Shown piece by piece: positions 42,224 through 55,265 of a DNA stretch of 64,000 bases; positions within the stretch are counted from its first letter, which is position 1, and each line of letters starts with the position of its first letter. The DNA is from Terriglobia bacterium (lineage in GTDB: Bacteria; Acidobacteriota; Terriglobia; 2-12-FULL-54-10). The notes below the pieces were generated by a model. The model searched no databases and was not told the DNA's origin. It was given only the letters and a program-made list of their open reading frames with translations. The position numbers and the translations under genes are program-made. The DNA lies in contig CAXVYR010000003.1 in NCBI GenBank assembly GCA_963666975.2, positions 32,001 through 96,000 on the forward strand. Reading direction: 5' to 3'.

Positions 42224-42730
42224 ATGCCTATCAAGAAAGAGCCTCTCTTTCAGAAATCTCAATTATCATTTCAGAAGCTCACTGCCGCCGCATTAACCCT
42301 CAATAGCGCCTCCGACAAGCTAGGTCAATCCATAGCCGAACTTGACGCCTCGCTGAAAAAGTTAAACCTGGGGATTTCAAGCTGGGTTGAGTTCAGCACT
42401 TGGTCATCACCAGAAGGTTTAGAACACTCCGTGGAGAAGCTCGGTTACGACAAGATTAATGGCAAGTGGGGCATCGCAATCAGAACAATTGCTGGCCATG
42501 AGTCGTTTCCCGAGGAAGCCGATGAAGAAGAATGGCTGTTCAATGATGCTCCTCGCGCCCTGAGAATCAGAGCGACCGAAATGATCCCCAATCTCATTAA
42601 CCTACTTACGAAGAACGCAATAGAGACCACAAAGCAAGTCAACGGGAGGGCAGCCGAGGTCCAAGAACTCGCCGAAGCCATCAACATCGTCCTAGATCAA
42701 TCGGCCGAAAAACCGTCGGGTAAGCGTTAG
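42224..42730 (+). CDS. Hypothetical protein, 168 aa
   Basis: Clean ORF with GGAG RBS; extended -10 TGCTATAAT at 42119-42127. Confidence 0.65.
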   Translation: MPIKKEPLFQKSQLSFQKLTAAALTLNSASDKLGQSIAELDASLKKLNLGISSWVEFSTWSSPEGLEHSVEKLGYDKINGKWGIAIRTIAGHESFPEEADEEEWLFNDAPRALRIRATEMIPNLINLLTKNAIETTKQVNGRAAEVQELAEAINIVLDQSAEKPSGKR

Positions 42731-42771
42731 GTCGTACGGGAGTTGATGGCGATGGATACAGTAATCTCTAA

Positions 42772-44949
42772 GGGGCTGTCCTAGCTAAGGGTGATTCTGT
42801 CTCGATTTGATCCATGTCTTCAATTGGTTAAGCAGTGTCCGGTGGTTACCGCCATTGAAGCGCCATTCGCACTCCTTCAGGAAGAGGTGAAAACTCTGTT
42901 TGGGCACCCCGTTGAAGCGCCGAAGATGCCGCTTTGCCTGGTTCCAGAAGTTCTCGATCCCATTGATGTGGTTCCGTTCGTCGACGAACCGTTCCGAGTG
43001 GTTGATCCGAACATGGTGGAAGTCCGACACATCCAGAGCATCGTAGCTCGAAAAGCCATCCGTGTAGACGATGCTGTCGGGCTGGATCAGGCGCTCCATG
43101 ATCGGCATCAACGTGTCCGTACGGGCATTGGGGATCATCACCGTGTAGACCCTTCCTCCACGCTTCAAAAGCCCGAAAACCGGGACTTTCCCGCCAGCAC
43201 CACGACCGCGTTTGCCCTTGCGGCGACCACCGAAGTAACTCTCGTCCACTTCGATTTCGCCGCAAACCGAAGAGGCTTTCTGGGTCTCCTCGGCAATCAC
43301 CGTGCGAATCCGTGTATGAGGGTGTCCCATACATAGTTGAAGGTTGAACGGCGGTTCGGCCCGAATCGAATAGAATCGGGCCAAGCCTAAATCCTATAGA
43401 AGGAGAACCGCCGAATGAAGGGAAAATATCACGTTTTGGAACTGGGTTCCAAGGGAGCCGAAGAAACCATCCAGAAGTTTTGCCAAACCAACGGACAGAT
43501 GCTGTTGCCGGTGGTGGATCTGATCACGGAGGCGCGTCTGGCGGTGGATGAGGTGATTGATCGGGCCGGGCGAGGTTTGATTGAAACGATTCTGAGCATG
43601 AGCGCAGAGCAAATCGCGGGGCCAAAGAGTCCCGGGAAGGCGAGCGGAGAGGTGCGCTGGCATGGCCGGCAATTGGGGAGGGTGAAACTGGCCGATCGCC
43701 AGCTGCGGGTGGAGCGGCCGAGGCTGCGCCGGAAGGGCGGAGGGGAAGAAGCGGTGCCGGCCTACGAAGCACTGCGGAAAAGCGAGAAGACGGGCGAGGA
43801 GATGTTCGAGGCACTGTTGAAAGGGGTTTCGACGCGGAACTACCGCGAGGTGATCCCGGAGATGGCCAACAGCGCTGGGGTGTCGAAGTCTCAGGTGAGC
43901 CGGGAAGCGGCCGAGCAAGGAGCGCGGCGGCTGGAAGAACTGTTGGCGCGGCGCTGGGAGGAGGTCGAGATTCTGGTGATTTACCTGGACGGAATGCGGT
44001 TCGGCTCCCACCACGTCATCAGCGCCGTGGGCGTGGACATCGAGGGCCGCAAGCATGTGCTGGGGATTCAACTGGGCGCGACCGAAAACGCCGCTGCGGT
44101 GAAAGACCTTCTCACCCGCCTGCGCCAGCAAGGTTTGCGCACGGATCAGCGCTATCTGTTTGTGATCGACGGCGCCAAAGCGCTCCGCGCGGGGATCGAG
44201 GAAGTATTCGGCAGCAATCAGCTGGTGCAGCGTTGCCGTACTCATAAGCTGCGCAACGTGGCTGAGCGGTTACCAAAGGGCGACAAAATGCTGGCGAATC
44301 AGGTGCGGTCGCTGATGCGCGCCGCCTGGCGATTGCCCCAAGCCGAGGAAGGCATCGTGCGCATAAAAAAGCTCGCTGGGATGATCGAGTGCGATCATCC
44401 GGCAGCAGCCGCCAGCTTGCGCGAAGGGTTGGAGGAGACCTTTACGATCAATCGAGCCGACGTTCCTCCCAGCCTCCACCGCTGCCTGGCAACCACGAAC
44501 CTCATCGAGAGCCCGCAGTCGGGCGTGCGGAAAAAGACTGGCAATGTTTGCCGCTGGCGCGACGGCGAGATGACGTTGCGCTGGGTGGCAGGAGCGTTTC
44601 TGCTGACCGAGAAGAATTTCCGGAAGATCATGGGTTATCACGATCTCTGGGCTTTGGCATCGATTCTCGGCCGAAGTCCAAACGCTGCTTCCTCTCACAA
44701 GGAGAAAGTGGCGTAATATGAACTCAACCCGCCGTCCCAACCTGCAACTGAGTTTGGGACACCTTCCCGTGTATAGAACGAAGCGGCCGTGTTCCGATGA
44801 ACCCCGACAAGCTCAGCCGCCGCCCGTGCCGTCGTCCCGGCAACGAAGTGCTCCACCAACCGATCCCGCTTCGCCTTGCTCAGCCGACTACGCCGTTCGT
44901 ACATATCGCCATCCTATCCCTAAGCAATCTGCTTAGCTAGGACAGCCCC
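42772..44949 (-). mobile_element. IS1595-family (IS1016-like) element interrupted by IS256
   Basis: Perfect 18-bp IR GGGGCTGTCCTAGCTAAG; transposase split 44904-44767 / 43317-42785 (EVDESYFGG, YTDG, NGIENFW). Confidence 0.9.
43318..44766 (+). mobile_element. IS256-family element; transposase 43415-44716
   Basis: IR GAGGGTGTCCCA / GAAGGTGTCCCA; 8-bp TSD CCGTGTAT; GVSTR, YLDG, VIDG, QRC..HK.RN, TTNLIES. Confidence 0.93.
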
Positions 44950-44974
44950 TTTTTCAATTAGGCGAGAGTAATCC

Positions 44975-47900
44975 GTGCTCATATCCCCAGGTGCCCAGGC
45001 TCTTGCCAACCCGTGTGGCGTAGGTCCAAGGAATTTGGATTTGTGCAACCACATCCTGTGTCGGCTGAGTGTCCTGGGACTTGTGGTCATTCTTCACTTT
45101 TTCCTCGCAACTCCTCCTTCCTTGGCGCAGGGCATCACTCCACAAAGCATCATCACGACGGTGGCAGGCACCACTTGGACCTTTCGGGGCGACGGCGGGC
45201 AGGCGATCAATGCGCCCCTGGGGTTTGTCTCGGGAATTGTGATGGACACAGCCGGGAATCTGTTCGCCGCTGATACAGGCAACCACCTGGTGGTGAAGAT
45301 CTCCCCGACAGGGATCCTCACCGTGGTGGCGGGCAATGGTATCCGTGGGTTTTCCGGCGATGGCGAGCAGGGCACCAGTGCCTCGCTGAATAACCCCCAA
45401 GGTGTGGCGGTAGATGCGGCCGGCAACCTTTACGTCTCCGACATGAGTAACAACCGCATCCGTAAGATCAGCCCCGGCGGGATTATTTCCACTGTGGCTG
45501 GGAATGGAGAACAAGGCTTTTCTGGCGATGAAGGCCCCGCCACCAGCGCCTCCCTGAATCTACCCCGCGGTGTGGTGGTGGATGCGACCGGCAATCTCTA
45601 CATCGCCGACACGATCAACAACCGCATTCGCTTGGTCAGCCCCGACGAGATTATCTCCACCGTGGCCGGGAATGGGGAACGAGGCTTTTCTGGCGACGAA
45701 GGCCTTGCCACCAGCGCCTTCCTGAATCGACCCTTTGGGATCGCGATGGATGTGGTCGGCAACCTCTACGTCGCCGACAGGGATAACAACCGCATCCGCA
45801 AGGTCAACCCCGACAGGATTATTTCCACCGTGGCTGGGAACGGGGAACGGGGCTTTTCCGGCGATGAAGGCCCCGCCACCAGCGCATCCCTAAATCTACC
45901 CCGTGGTGTGGCGGTGGATGCGACCGGCAACCTTTACGTCGCCGACAGGAATAACAACCGCATCCGCAAAATCAGCCCCGGCTGGATCATCACTACTGTG
46001 GCCGGCACCGGAGATGCGAGCTTTTCCGGCGATGGAGGATTGGCCACCAGCGCCTTTCTGGATCTACCCCAAGGTGTGGCGGTGGATGCGACCGGCAACC
46101 TCTACATCGCCGACACGATCAACAACCGCATTCGCTTGGTCAGCCCCGACGAGATTATTAGCACCGTGGCTGGCAACGGAACATTCAAATTCGGAGCTGA
46201 CGGAGGGCCGGCCACTAGCGCTCTACTGAATATTCCCGCTAGTGTGGCCTTAGATGCAGCGCGCAACCTCTACATCGCCGACCAGGTTAACCACCGCATC
46301 CGCAAGGTCAACCCCGACGGGATTATTTCCACCGTGGCCGGGAACGGGGAACGGGGCTTTTCCGGCGATGGCGGGCCGGCTACCGACGCCAAACTGAATT
46401 TTCCCTTGGGTGTGGCGGTGGATGTGACCGGCAACTTCTACGTCGCCGACAGGTTCAACAACCGCATTCGCATGATCAGCCCCGACGTGATTATCTCCAC
46501 CGTGGCCGGGAATGGGGAACGGGGTTTTTCCGGCGATGGCGGACTGGCTATCGACGCTGAACTAAATCTCCCCTCGGGTGTGGCGGTAGGTACGGCCGGT
46601 AACCTTTACATTGCTGACGCGAATAACCACCGCATCCGCAAGGTCGGCTCCGACGTGACGATCACCACCAAGGCCGGGAATGGGGAACGGGGCTTTTCCG
46701 GCGATGGCGGGCTGGCTATCGACGCTGAACTAAATCTACCCCGTGGTGTGGCGGTGGATGCGACCGGCAACCTTTACATTGCTGACGCGAATAACCACCG
46801 CATCCGCAAGGTCGGCTCCGACGTGACGATCACCACCAAGGCCGGGAATGGGGAACGGGGCTTTTCCGGCGATGGCGGGCTGGCTATCGACGCTGAACTA
46901 AATCTACCCCGTGGTGTGGCGGTGGATGCGACCGGTAACCTCTACATCGCCGACACGATCAACAACCGCATTCGCTTGGTCAGCCCCGACGAGATTATCT
47001 CCACTGTGGCCGGAACCGGAGAAGCGAGCTTTTCCGGCGATGGTGGGCTGGCCACTAGCGCTTCCCTAAATCTACCCCGCGGGGTGGCGGTGGATACGGC
47101 CGGTAACCTGTACCTTGCTGATACGGATAACGATCGTATCCGGGTTGTACTGGCGGCCTCGCCTTCCTACCTCGTTTTGCCGGAAGTTTTGAGCTTCTCT
47201 TCTCAGGCGGGTGGGTTGCCATCCACGCCGCAGAATATTACCGTCTCCGGCTCGGTTCCCAGCATTCCGTTTTCCATTAGTCTAAACACTACCAGTGGTG
47301 ATGCGTGGCTGGCGGCAACTCCCTTGAACGGATCGATGCCGACCACAGTGGAGATTACTGCGGACCCCGCACAGCTCACTCCCGGCACCTATTCAGGAAC
47401 TGTGAACATTACGGCACTGAATGCAGATCCAGCGATGCGGATGGTCATGGTGACGTTCAACGTGGAGACGGCAGCGGAACCCAACCTGGCGGTGAGACCC
47501 AGGAGCAGAACCCTCTCGTTTGTGCAGGGCGACGAGGCAAGGAGAAGGCAGATCAAGGTTCTTAATCAGGGGGGCGGCTCGTTAGACTTTCAGGTCACGG
47601 CCACCACCGCCTCCGGCGGCCCCTGGCTGACGGTCGAAACCGAGAGCGGCACTGCCACGCTGGCGGACCCTGTCTTTGTGCCCGTGACGATTGACCCCAG
47701 TGGATTGGATGTCGGCACATACACTGGGCGCATCACGGTTTTCAGTTCCACCACCAACCAGAGCATTGATGTGCCTGTCACAATCACCATAAGCGCGATT
47801 GAGCAGTCCTCCATCCTGCTCTCCCAGACCGGTTTGACCTTTACGGCGGTGGCCAACGGAGGTCGGGTGCCGCCGCAGACCTTTGAGGTGTTGAACTCCG

Positions 47901-48886
47901 GACAGGGTGTGATGGAATGGTCGGTGAGCACCTCGACGCTCTCAGGCGGTCCAAGCTGGCTGACGGTGAGCCCCACCAACGACTCCACCGACGCAGCCTC
48001 CTCGAATATTCCACAGCTGGAAGCCAGCATCCGTCCAGAGGGACTGGCGGCAGGAGAATACTACGGTCAGGTGCAGGTATCCTCGCCCACGGCCGACAAC
48101 TCCCCCCAGGTTGTTTCTATCGTCCTGAACGTTCTGCCCGCAGGCAGCAACCCTGGACCGATCGTGCGCCCGACCGGAGTGATCTTCACCGCCGAGGCCG
48201 GTGAGACTTCGCCCGGCTCTCAGAACGTGTTTGTCTCCAACCTTGCTGCCAGTCCGACCAACTTTGCCTCGGGGCGGGTGACTTTTGATGGAGTGGATTG
48301 GTTCGTCCACCTCCCCACCAACGCTACAGTAGCCCCAGACCGGCCGAGCCGGATCGTGGTGCAGCCCGAACTCAGCGGGCTGGAGGCTGGCATCCGGCGA
48401 GGAGTGTTGACACTGTTATTCCAGGATGGCACTGTCCGGACGGTGAGGTTGTTATTCGTATTGACCGCCGGCGCAGGGGCGCAGCAGCAAGCATTTCCGG
48501 CGCAAAGCACCTGTACGCCGACGGAATTGCTCCCTGTTTTCACCTTATTGCCGGATCAGTTCAACGTGCCTGCCGCGTGGCCAACCCCGGTGGAGGTGCG
48601 GGTGGTGGATGACTGTGGCAACCCGATGGTCAGCGGGTCCGTGCTGGCGACTTTCTCCAACGGCGATCCTCCGCTGAGCCTGGTCCCCCTGCGCGATGGG
48701 CGATGGAGCGGAACCTGGCAGGCCCGCAATGCCGGAGTAGCTGCGGTCACAATCACGGTGACGGCAGCGATCCCCGGCACGACGTTGCAGGGAACGGCCG
48801 ATCTGGTGGGAGGACTTCAGGCCAATCCGACTATTCCTCAGGTGGGAGAGGGAGCGGTGGTGAGTGCGGCAAGTTTCGCACCGCAG
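44975..48886 (+). pseudogene. NHL-repeat (12 x 56 aa) + BACON-like surface protein, C-terminus removed by IS3
   Basis: Repeats PxGVAVDxxGNLYIADxxNNRIR..IxTVAG; three GxxWL..GTY.G domains; stops just after GAVVSAASF; start uncertain. Confidence 0.85.
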
Positions 48887-50398
48887 TGTGCCCCGTCAGG
48901 GCTTGTTGGACAGGTAGAGGGTAATAGTTAAGGTGATGTTTTTGGCTCATCGTAGAGACTGAAAGGAACGAAGATGAGACAAAAACAAGACGACAGGGGG
49001 GCGGTCGAGAAGGCCGTCCGGGAGATCAAACGCAGGACGCGGCGCAGGTTCAGCCCGGAAGACAAAATCCGCATTGTATTGCAGGGACTTCGCGGCGAGG
49101 ACAGCATCGCGGAGCTGTGCCGCCGCGAGGGGCTGCACCAGAACCAGTATTACCGCTGGAGCAAGGAGTTTCTGGAGGCTGGCCGCAAGCGGCTGGCGGG
49201 CGACATAGACCGTGAGGCAACCAGTGGCGAAGTCAAGACTCTGCGGGAGCAGGCCGTACAGCTGAAAGAGGCCCTGGCCGAGGCTATGCTGGAAAATCGC
49301 CTGCTAAAAAAAAGCGTGATCGGGGATGGGGAGGAAAATACATGAGATACCCTGCCTCGGAGAAGCTGGAGATCATCTGCACGGTGGAGCAATCTGCCCT
49401 GGGGGTGCGCCGGACGCTGCAGCAGGTTGGCATTCCCAGATCGACGTTTTACAACTGGTACGACCGCTATGTGTCGGAAGGCTTTGATGGGCTGGAAGAC
49501 AAAAAACCCGATCCTGGCCCTGTCTGGAACAAGGTGCCGGAGGAGATAACTCAGCAGTTGGTGACGTTAGCCCTGGCCGAGCCCGATCTGTCGTCACGCG
49601 AGCTGGCGGTGCGTTTTACCGAGGAAAGGCGGTATTACCTTTCTGAATCGACGGTTTACCGCGTCCTGAAAAGCCATGACCTGATTACCGCGCCAGCCTT
49701 TATTGTCCTGAAAGCGGCGGAACGGTTCGCCAACCCGACCACGGCGGTCAACCAGCTCTGGCAGACCGACTTCACCTACCTGAAAGTCATCGGTTGGGGC
49801 TGGTTCTACCTGTCCACGGTGCTGGACGACTTCTCGCGCTATATCATCGCCTGGCGGCTGTGCAAAACCATGAGCGCAAGTGACGTCTCGGCCCCGTTGC
49901 GGGATGCTTTGCAAGCCACCGGCCTCGACCGCGTGGGCGCCCGGCACAGACCTCGCCTCCTGAGCGACAACGGGCCGTGCTACGTCTCTTCCGAACTGCA
50001 ATCATGGCTGGCAGAAAACAGCGTGCCGCATACTCGCGGCAAGCCCTATCACCCCATGACGCAGGGCAAGATCGAACGCTGGCACCGAACTCTGAAAGAC
50101 CGCATCCTGCTCAACAACTATTACCTGCCAGAAGAGCTGGAGCGGCAGATCGATGCCTTCGTCAACCACTACAACACCAACCGATACCATGAAAGCCTGA
50201 ACAACCTGACACCGTATGACGTTTTTACAGGCCAAGGCAGTGCCATCCTGCAAAAACGGGATCGCATCAAAGAGAAAACTATGATCTTAAGAAAACGGTT
50301 GCACTTCAAAAGAAGGGCAGCCTAACATCAACCCAGAGGAGCCTGAACGCCACCTTATCTTTTTATGCTCTGTGTCCAACATTATCTGACGACGTACA
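48887..50398 (+). mobile_element. IS3-family element; orfA 48974-49345, orfB 49342-50325
   Basis: TG..CA imperfect IRs (..TGTTGGACA); A-run frameshift site ~49305; WQTDFT, SDNG, QGKIER; no TSD. Confidence 0.92.
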
Positions 50399-50901
50399 GT
50401 TTGCCCGGACACCTTTGTCTCGACGCCGTATGTTCCCAGGGCCTTTCCCTTCGGAGCCAGGGAAGAGCGTTTGCCGTTTTCGACTTTATAGAGGACTACG
50501 TTGTCCTCCAGCGCATTGGCGCGGACGATGTAGTAGTTATTCTCGTCCAGGTAACGCCATACCAGGCCGCCGGAAGCATCCACCTCGCCCGAGACCGGCT
50601 TTAATTTCACGCGCAGGTCACCATTCTTGCAACTCACTTTGTTGAAGACCGCCAGCGGGTAACGCCCACGCGTGCTGTCGGAGGAAAGCTGTGCCAGCAC
50701 ATTGGGCTTGCTCGGCGCCGTGTCGTTTCTGACGATCTCCCACCGGGCCAGCCCACCGCTGTGGGTCATCGCCGAGGACCAACCTGAAGGCAGGGAACCG
50801 ATGGAGTCCGAGTCGAAGTGGATTGTCTCTGCCTGAGCGGCTCCAAACATCAGGAATACCAATGCTGCCAGCAACAAAAATGCGGCACATAAGTTGTTCA
50901 T
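50399..50901 (-). pseudogene. Exported DUF1080/ConA-like protein, 3' truncated by IS3
   Basis: Signal peptide AQA; GGLVWRYLDENNYYIVRANALEDNVVLYK. Confidence 0.6.
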
Positions 50902-51008
50902 GGTTACCTTCCGGCTATCGATATTATCCGCCACGCTCCCCAATCTAACAGGAATTAACTTTTGGGCCTTACGGCGGTTCAGTTGGCAGGCAGCCGCCGC
51001 TTTAGCTC

Positions 51009-52124
51009 GGCGCTGTTGCACGATTCAACCTTGGCGCGAGTCAGGCCGTTTTCCCAACCCCTCGTTCATGACACCACGGCGTAGGACTTCGGCCTGCCGA
51101 GCTCGGCCATCCGGTTGAGGATGTGACACCCGATCGTGGTCTCTTTCCTTTGCGCATTGCTGTTCCTCGCCTTCAGGCTTCCTCCGAGCACTGACTTGTA
51201 TCGGAAGAACCCGTTCTCAACGCGCGCCTGCTGTCGGTAGCCCGACTCCTTCTGCCACTCTCGTCGTCCGATCTTACGAACTCTCTGAAGAGCCGCTTCT
51301 CGTTGCGCCCACGGGCCGTCCGTGGGCCCCGCGGACACCGCACAGCGACGAGGGGGGATCACGATCACGACGTCCTCTGTACCGGCCGCGCCGACCCGAT
51401 CGTAGATCGCCCTGTTGTCGTAGGCCCCGTCCGCCGTGAAACGCCGGATGGGAGCCTCGATCTGGTCGAGCAGATCCGGCAGGGCGGAGGCGTCGTCCCC
51501 GCTGCTCGTCGTGAGTTCGGCCGCCACAATGAACCCCTCGTCATCCACTCCGATGTGCAGCTTTCGCCAGTCCCGGCGTTTCTTGGATGCCTTGTACTTG
51601 TGCGAATTCCATTCGCCGCAACCCAGGATCTTGAGCCCCGTGGAATCGACGATCAAGTGGATCGGGCCGTCGTGGGCTCGGGTTAGAGGCGGCACCTCAA
51701 CGATTTGGTTCCGGCGCGAGAGTGTGGTGTGGTCCGGGGCCTTGAGGTCGAGGCCCATCAAGCTGAGCAGCGAGTCCAGGAAACCCTCGGTCTGGCGAAG
51801 CGGCAGGTGGAAGACGACCCGCAGCGTCAACGCGGTCAAGATCGCGAGGTTCGAGTACCGCCGCTGGCCTCCGCGGAGACCGTTCTTCGCCGGTGTCCAC
51901 GCGGCGATCGCCTCCTCGCTCAGCCAGATCGTGACGTCGCCGCGGCTCCTGAGGCCCCGCTCGTACTCCCTCCAGTTCCGGATTCTGCATTTCGTCTTGT
52001 ACTTGCGGTTGACTCGGCTCGACTTCCCTGCGGCCATGACGTTGCCCCCCTTGATCTCCATGATGGATCGGGACACCGAGCCAATGCTAGCGGGGGAGCC
52101 GAGGACGATTCATGCACCAACGCC
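51009..52124 (-). mobile_element. IS5 family (IS903 group), copy 2; transposase 51066-52076
   Basis: Same 1116 bp, IRs and protein as copy 1. Confidence 0.93.
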
Positions 52125-53026
52125 CACCGCGGCACCGGAACCAGGAAGTTCCGTCGCGCATATCCGATCAGTCCCTCGACCTTCCCCTTGTCGTTTCCCT
52201 TGCCAGGTCGCCCGAACCGCTCCTGGAACGGGTAGTGGCTCTGCAACTCCGAAAATGCTTGCGTCTTCTTCCTCCTCCCGTCTCCCAGGATCTGCGCCAC
52301 CGCCAGCTTCGTGTTGTCGTACACGATGGTTCGCGGCACTCCGCCAAAATAGGCGAACGCCTGGTTGTGCCCCTCCAAGAACGCCTCCGTCGTCTCGGCC
52401 GGAAATCCCATTACGAAGCAGTCGTCCGATTGTGGCAGATCGATCACCAGATAGTGTGCCTTCTGCTCCTCTCCGCCGATCACCACTAATGCTTCCCCGA
52501 AGTCCGCCTGGGCGTCTCCCGGAGGATGTTCCAGCGGCACGAACATCTCCCGCTGGCTCATCTTCCGCAGACGCACGTAATCCTTCACGATGGTGTATCC
52601 ACCGCCAAATCCGTGCTCCTCTCGTAATCGTTCGTAGATTCGTTTCGCGGTGTGGCGCTGTTTCCGGGGACGCTCTCGATCCTCCTCCAGGATCTGGTCA
52701 ATCACCCCCACCCACGGATCCAGCTTCGGCCGCTTCGCCGGTTGTCGCCGCCGATACCCCGGCGGGACCGAATACCGCATCATCTTTCGGACCGTCTCTC
52801 GGGCCAGCCCAAACTCCCGGGCTACCTCCCGCTCACTCATCCCCTCAACCTGAACTGCTCGCCGAACTCGTGCATAGATCTCCACTGTGTACATCCCTCC
52901 GGTATCTCACAAAACACTCAGCCCTCGGACTGCTTTGTGAGATTGTCTTCCGGCGGTCTGCTTTTACTCCGCCAGGGACCGCCGCTAACGCGGCCTTCCT
53001 GGCCTATTTTCTCTCCGGCGTTCTCA
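52125..53026 (-). mobile_element. istA: IS21-family left end with truncated istA (from 52894)
   Basis: HTAKRI, QADFG, FGGVP..IVYDN, KGKVE; terminus TGAGAACGCCGG; cut by IS5 copy 2. Confidence 0.88.
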
Positions 53027-53252
53027 CCCCCCCGGAAAAAGTTGGAGTGGGGGGCTCGACGGCCTCCCCGCGATCTATCAATGCCTGAACGAAACGATGT
53101 GCCCGGTTGGCCCGCGCGTCGAAATAGTCACAGAACTGCGCCCGCGTAAAGACGCCACTGTGCAGACAAACCAGCGCGATCCACTCGGCCTCCGGCCCGG
53201 TCCAGCCGAAAGGCTCTAACGACTTTTCTCGATCATGAAGATGGTCGATTAT
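53027..53252 (-). pseudogene. Remnant of a probable ICE backbone gene (not in ORF track)
   Basis: Open frame IIDHLHDREKSLEPFGWTGPEAEWIALVCLHSGVFTRAQF; ATA at the apparent start; cut by IS21. Confidence 0.45.
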
Positions 53253-53556
53253 TGCTACCTGCCGGTCGCTAAAACTTGGTTGCTTCGGAGACAGGTGATG
53301 ATGATTCCAGGGTTGAACACCATCAATTCGGTTGGGATTTCATCCAGGAACATGAACTGCTTGGAGACTGTCCAGCGTTCGCGCTGGCTCTCGACCGCAT
53401 TCACCAGGCGCACCAGGTCGAAGTCTGCCGCTGGTTGCCCGAATCAACGATAAGGAGTGGTAGAGGTTGTCGGCATTGCAGTCTGGCTTGACAGGGTCGA
53501 TCACTGCGCGGCAGCATCCAGTTCCCCTGGAGGCAAGGAGGAGAACACCGGATCGG

Positions 53557-54672
53557 GGCGCTGTTGCACGATTCAACCTTGGCGCGAGTCAGGCCGTTTT
53601 CCCAACCCCTCGTTCATGACACCACGGCGTAGGACTTCGGCCTGCCGAGCTCGGCCATCCGGTTGAGGATGTGACACCCGATCGTGGTCTCTTTCCTTTG
53701 CGCGTTGCTGTTCCTCGCCTTCAGGCTTCCTCCGAGCACTGACTTGTATCGGAAGAACCCGTTCTCAACGCGCGCCTGCTGTCGGTAGCCCGACTCCTTC
53801 TGCCACTCTCGTCGTCCGATCTTACGAACTCTCTGAAGAGCCGCTTCTCGTTGCGCCCACGGGCCGTCCGTGGGCCCCGCGGACACCGCACAGCGACGAG
53901 GGGGGATCACGATCACGACGTCCTCTGTACCGGCCGCGCCGACCCGATCGTAGATCGCCCTGTTGTCGTAGGCCCCGTCCGCCGTGAAACGCCGGATGGG
54001 AGCCTCGATCTGGTCGAGCAGATCCGGCAGGGCGGAGGCGTCGTCCCCGCTGCTCGTCGTGAGTTCGGCCGCCACAATGAACCCCTCGTCATCCACTCCG
54101 ATGTGCAGCTTTCGCCAGTCCCGGCGTTTCTTGGATGCCTTGTACTTGTGCGAATTCCATTCGCCGCAACCCAGGATCTTGAGCCCCGTGGAATCGACGA
54201 TCAAGTGGATCGGGCCGTCGTGGGCTCGGGTTAGAGGCGGCACCTCAACGATTTGGTTCCGGCGCGAGAGTGTGGTGTGGTCCGGGGCCTTGAGGTCGAG
54301 GCCCATCAAGCTGAGCAGCGAGTCCAGGAAACCCTCGGTCTGGCGAAGCGGCAGGTGGAAGACGACCCGCAGCGTCAACGCGGTCAAGATCGCGAGGTTC
54401 GAGTACCGCCGCTGGCCTCCGCGGAGACCGTTCTTCGCCGGTGTCCACGCGGCGATCGCCTCCTCGCTCAGCCAGATCGTGACGTCGCCGCGGCTCCTGA
54501 GGCCCCGCTCGTACTCCCTCCAGTTCCGGATTCTGCATTTCGTCTTGTACTTGCGGTTGACTCGGCTCGACTTCCCTGCGGCCATGACGTTGCCCCCCTT
54601 GATCTCCATGATGGATCGGGACACCGAGCCAATGCTAGCGGGGGAGCCGAGGACGATTCATGCACCAACGCC
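53557..54672 (-). mobile_element. IS5 family (IS903 group), copy 3; transposase 53614-54624
   Basis: Same element; one synonymous difference noticed (GCGTTG vs GCATTG near 53704). Confidence 0.93.
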
Positions 54673-54885
54673 CCTTAGTTCCGCTATTTCAACTTCCAGG
54701 AGGAAAAGCTCATGTTCCAGGTAACCCAGATCGCGGTTGTACTTCGCCAGGAGTACGTCGCGCTCTCCGTAAAGCAGAAATTCATGCTCTTCGATGAGCA
54801 CGCTCAGGTTTTCGCGCAATGCATCGATTTCTCTGAGCTTGGAGGAGAAATCAGGGTGCCGAATTAGATCGCTCTTCACAACCAC
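54673..54885 (-). pseudogene. N-terminal coiled-coil fragment, possibly of a J-domain protein, cut by IS5
   Basis: LLAKYNRDLGYLEHELFLLEVEIAELR then IS terminus. Confidence 0.4.
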
Positions 54886-55265
54886 GCATCACCTATAAAT
54901 AAACCATAGTAATAGAGATACTAGAGCTGGTCCACTATCATCCCTTCGTTGTACCCCTCTTTTTGAACGGGAATCCATTGGACACTCGAAGTCGTCTGCG
55001 GACAGGTTGTCAAGCGATCACCCTTGGAGTCCGCGAGTCCGAGGCTGCCGAGTGGGGTAGCAATCTCCCGCGTAGGCGATCTTTAAACAGAGCATCTGCC
55101 CACGGCAGACGCTCATAGGAACCTCCTGCTGTGCCAAATATGTGTCAGAAATGCAAGTTAAGCAGCCAAAAAGGGTTATGTGCTGAGCGAAAGCAGAGTC
55201 CCTGAATGGGTGTAAAGCTATGGAAAATAAGGGAGAGAGTGAAAGGAGAAGAGGAGAGGTAACCA

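Noticed and set aside
45200-47150. CRISPR-like periodicity
   Set aside because: 168-bp coding NHL repeats; no spacers or cas genes in the window
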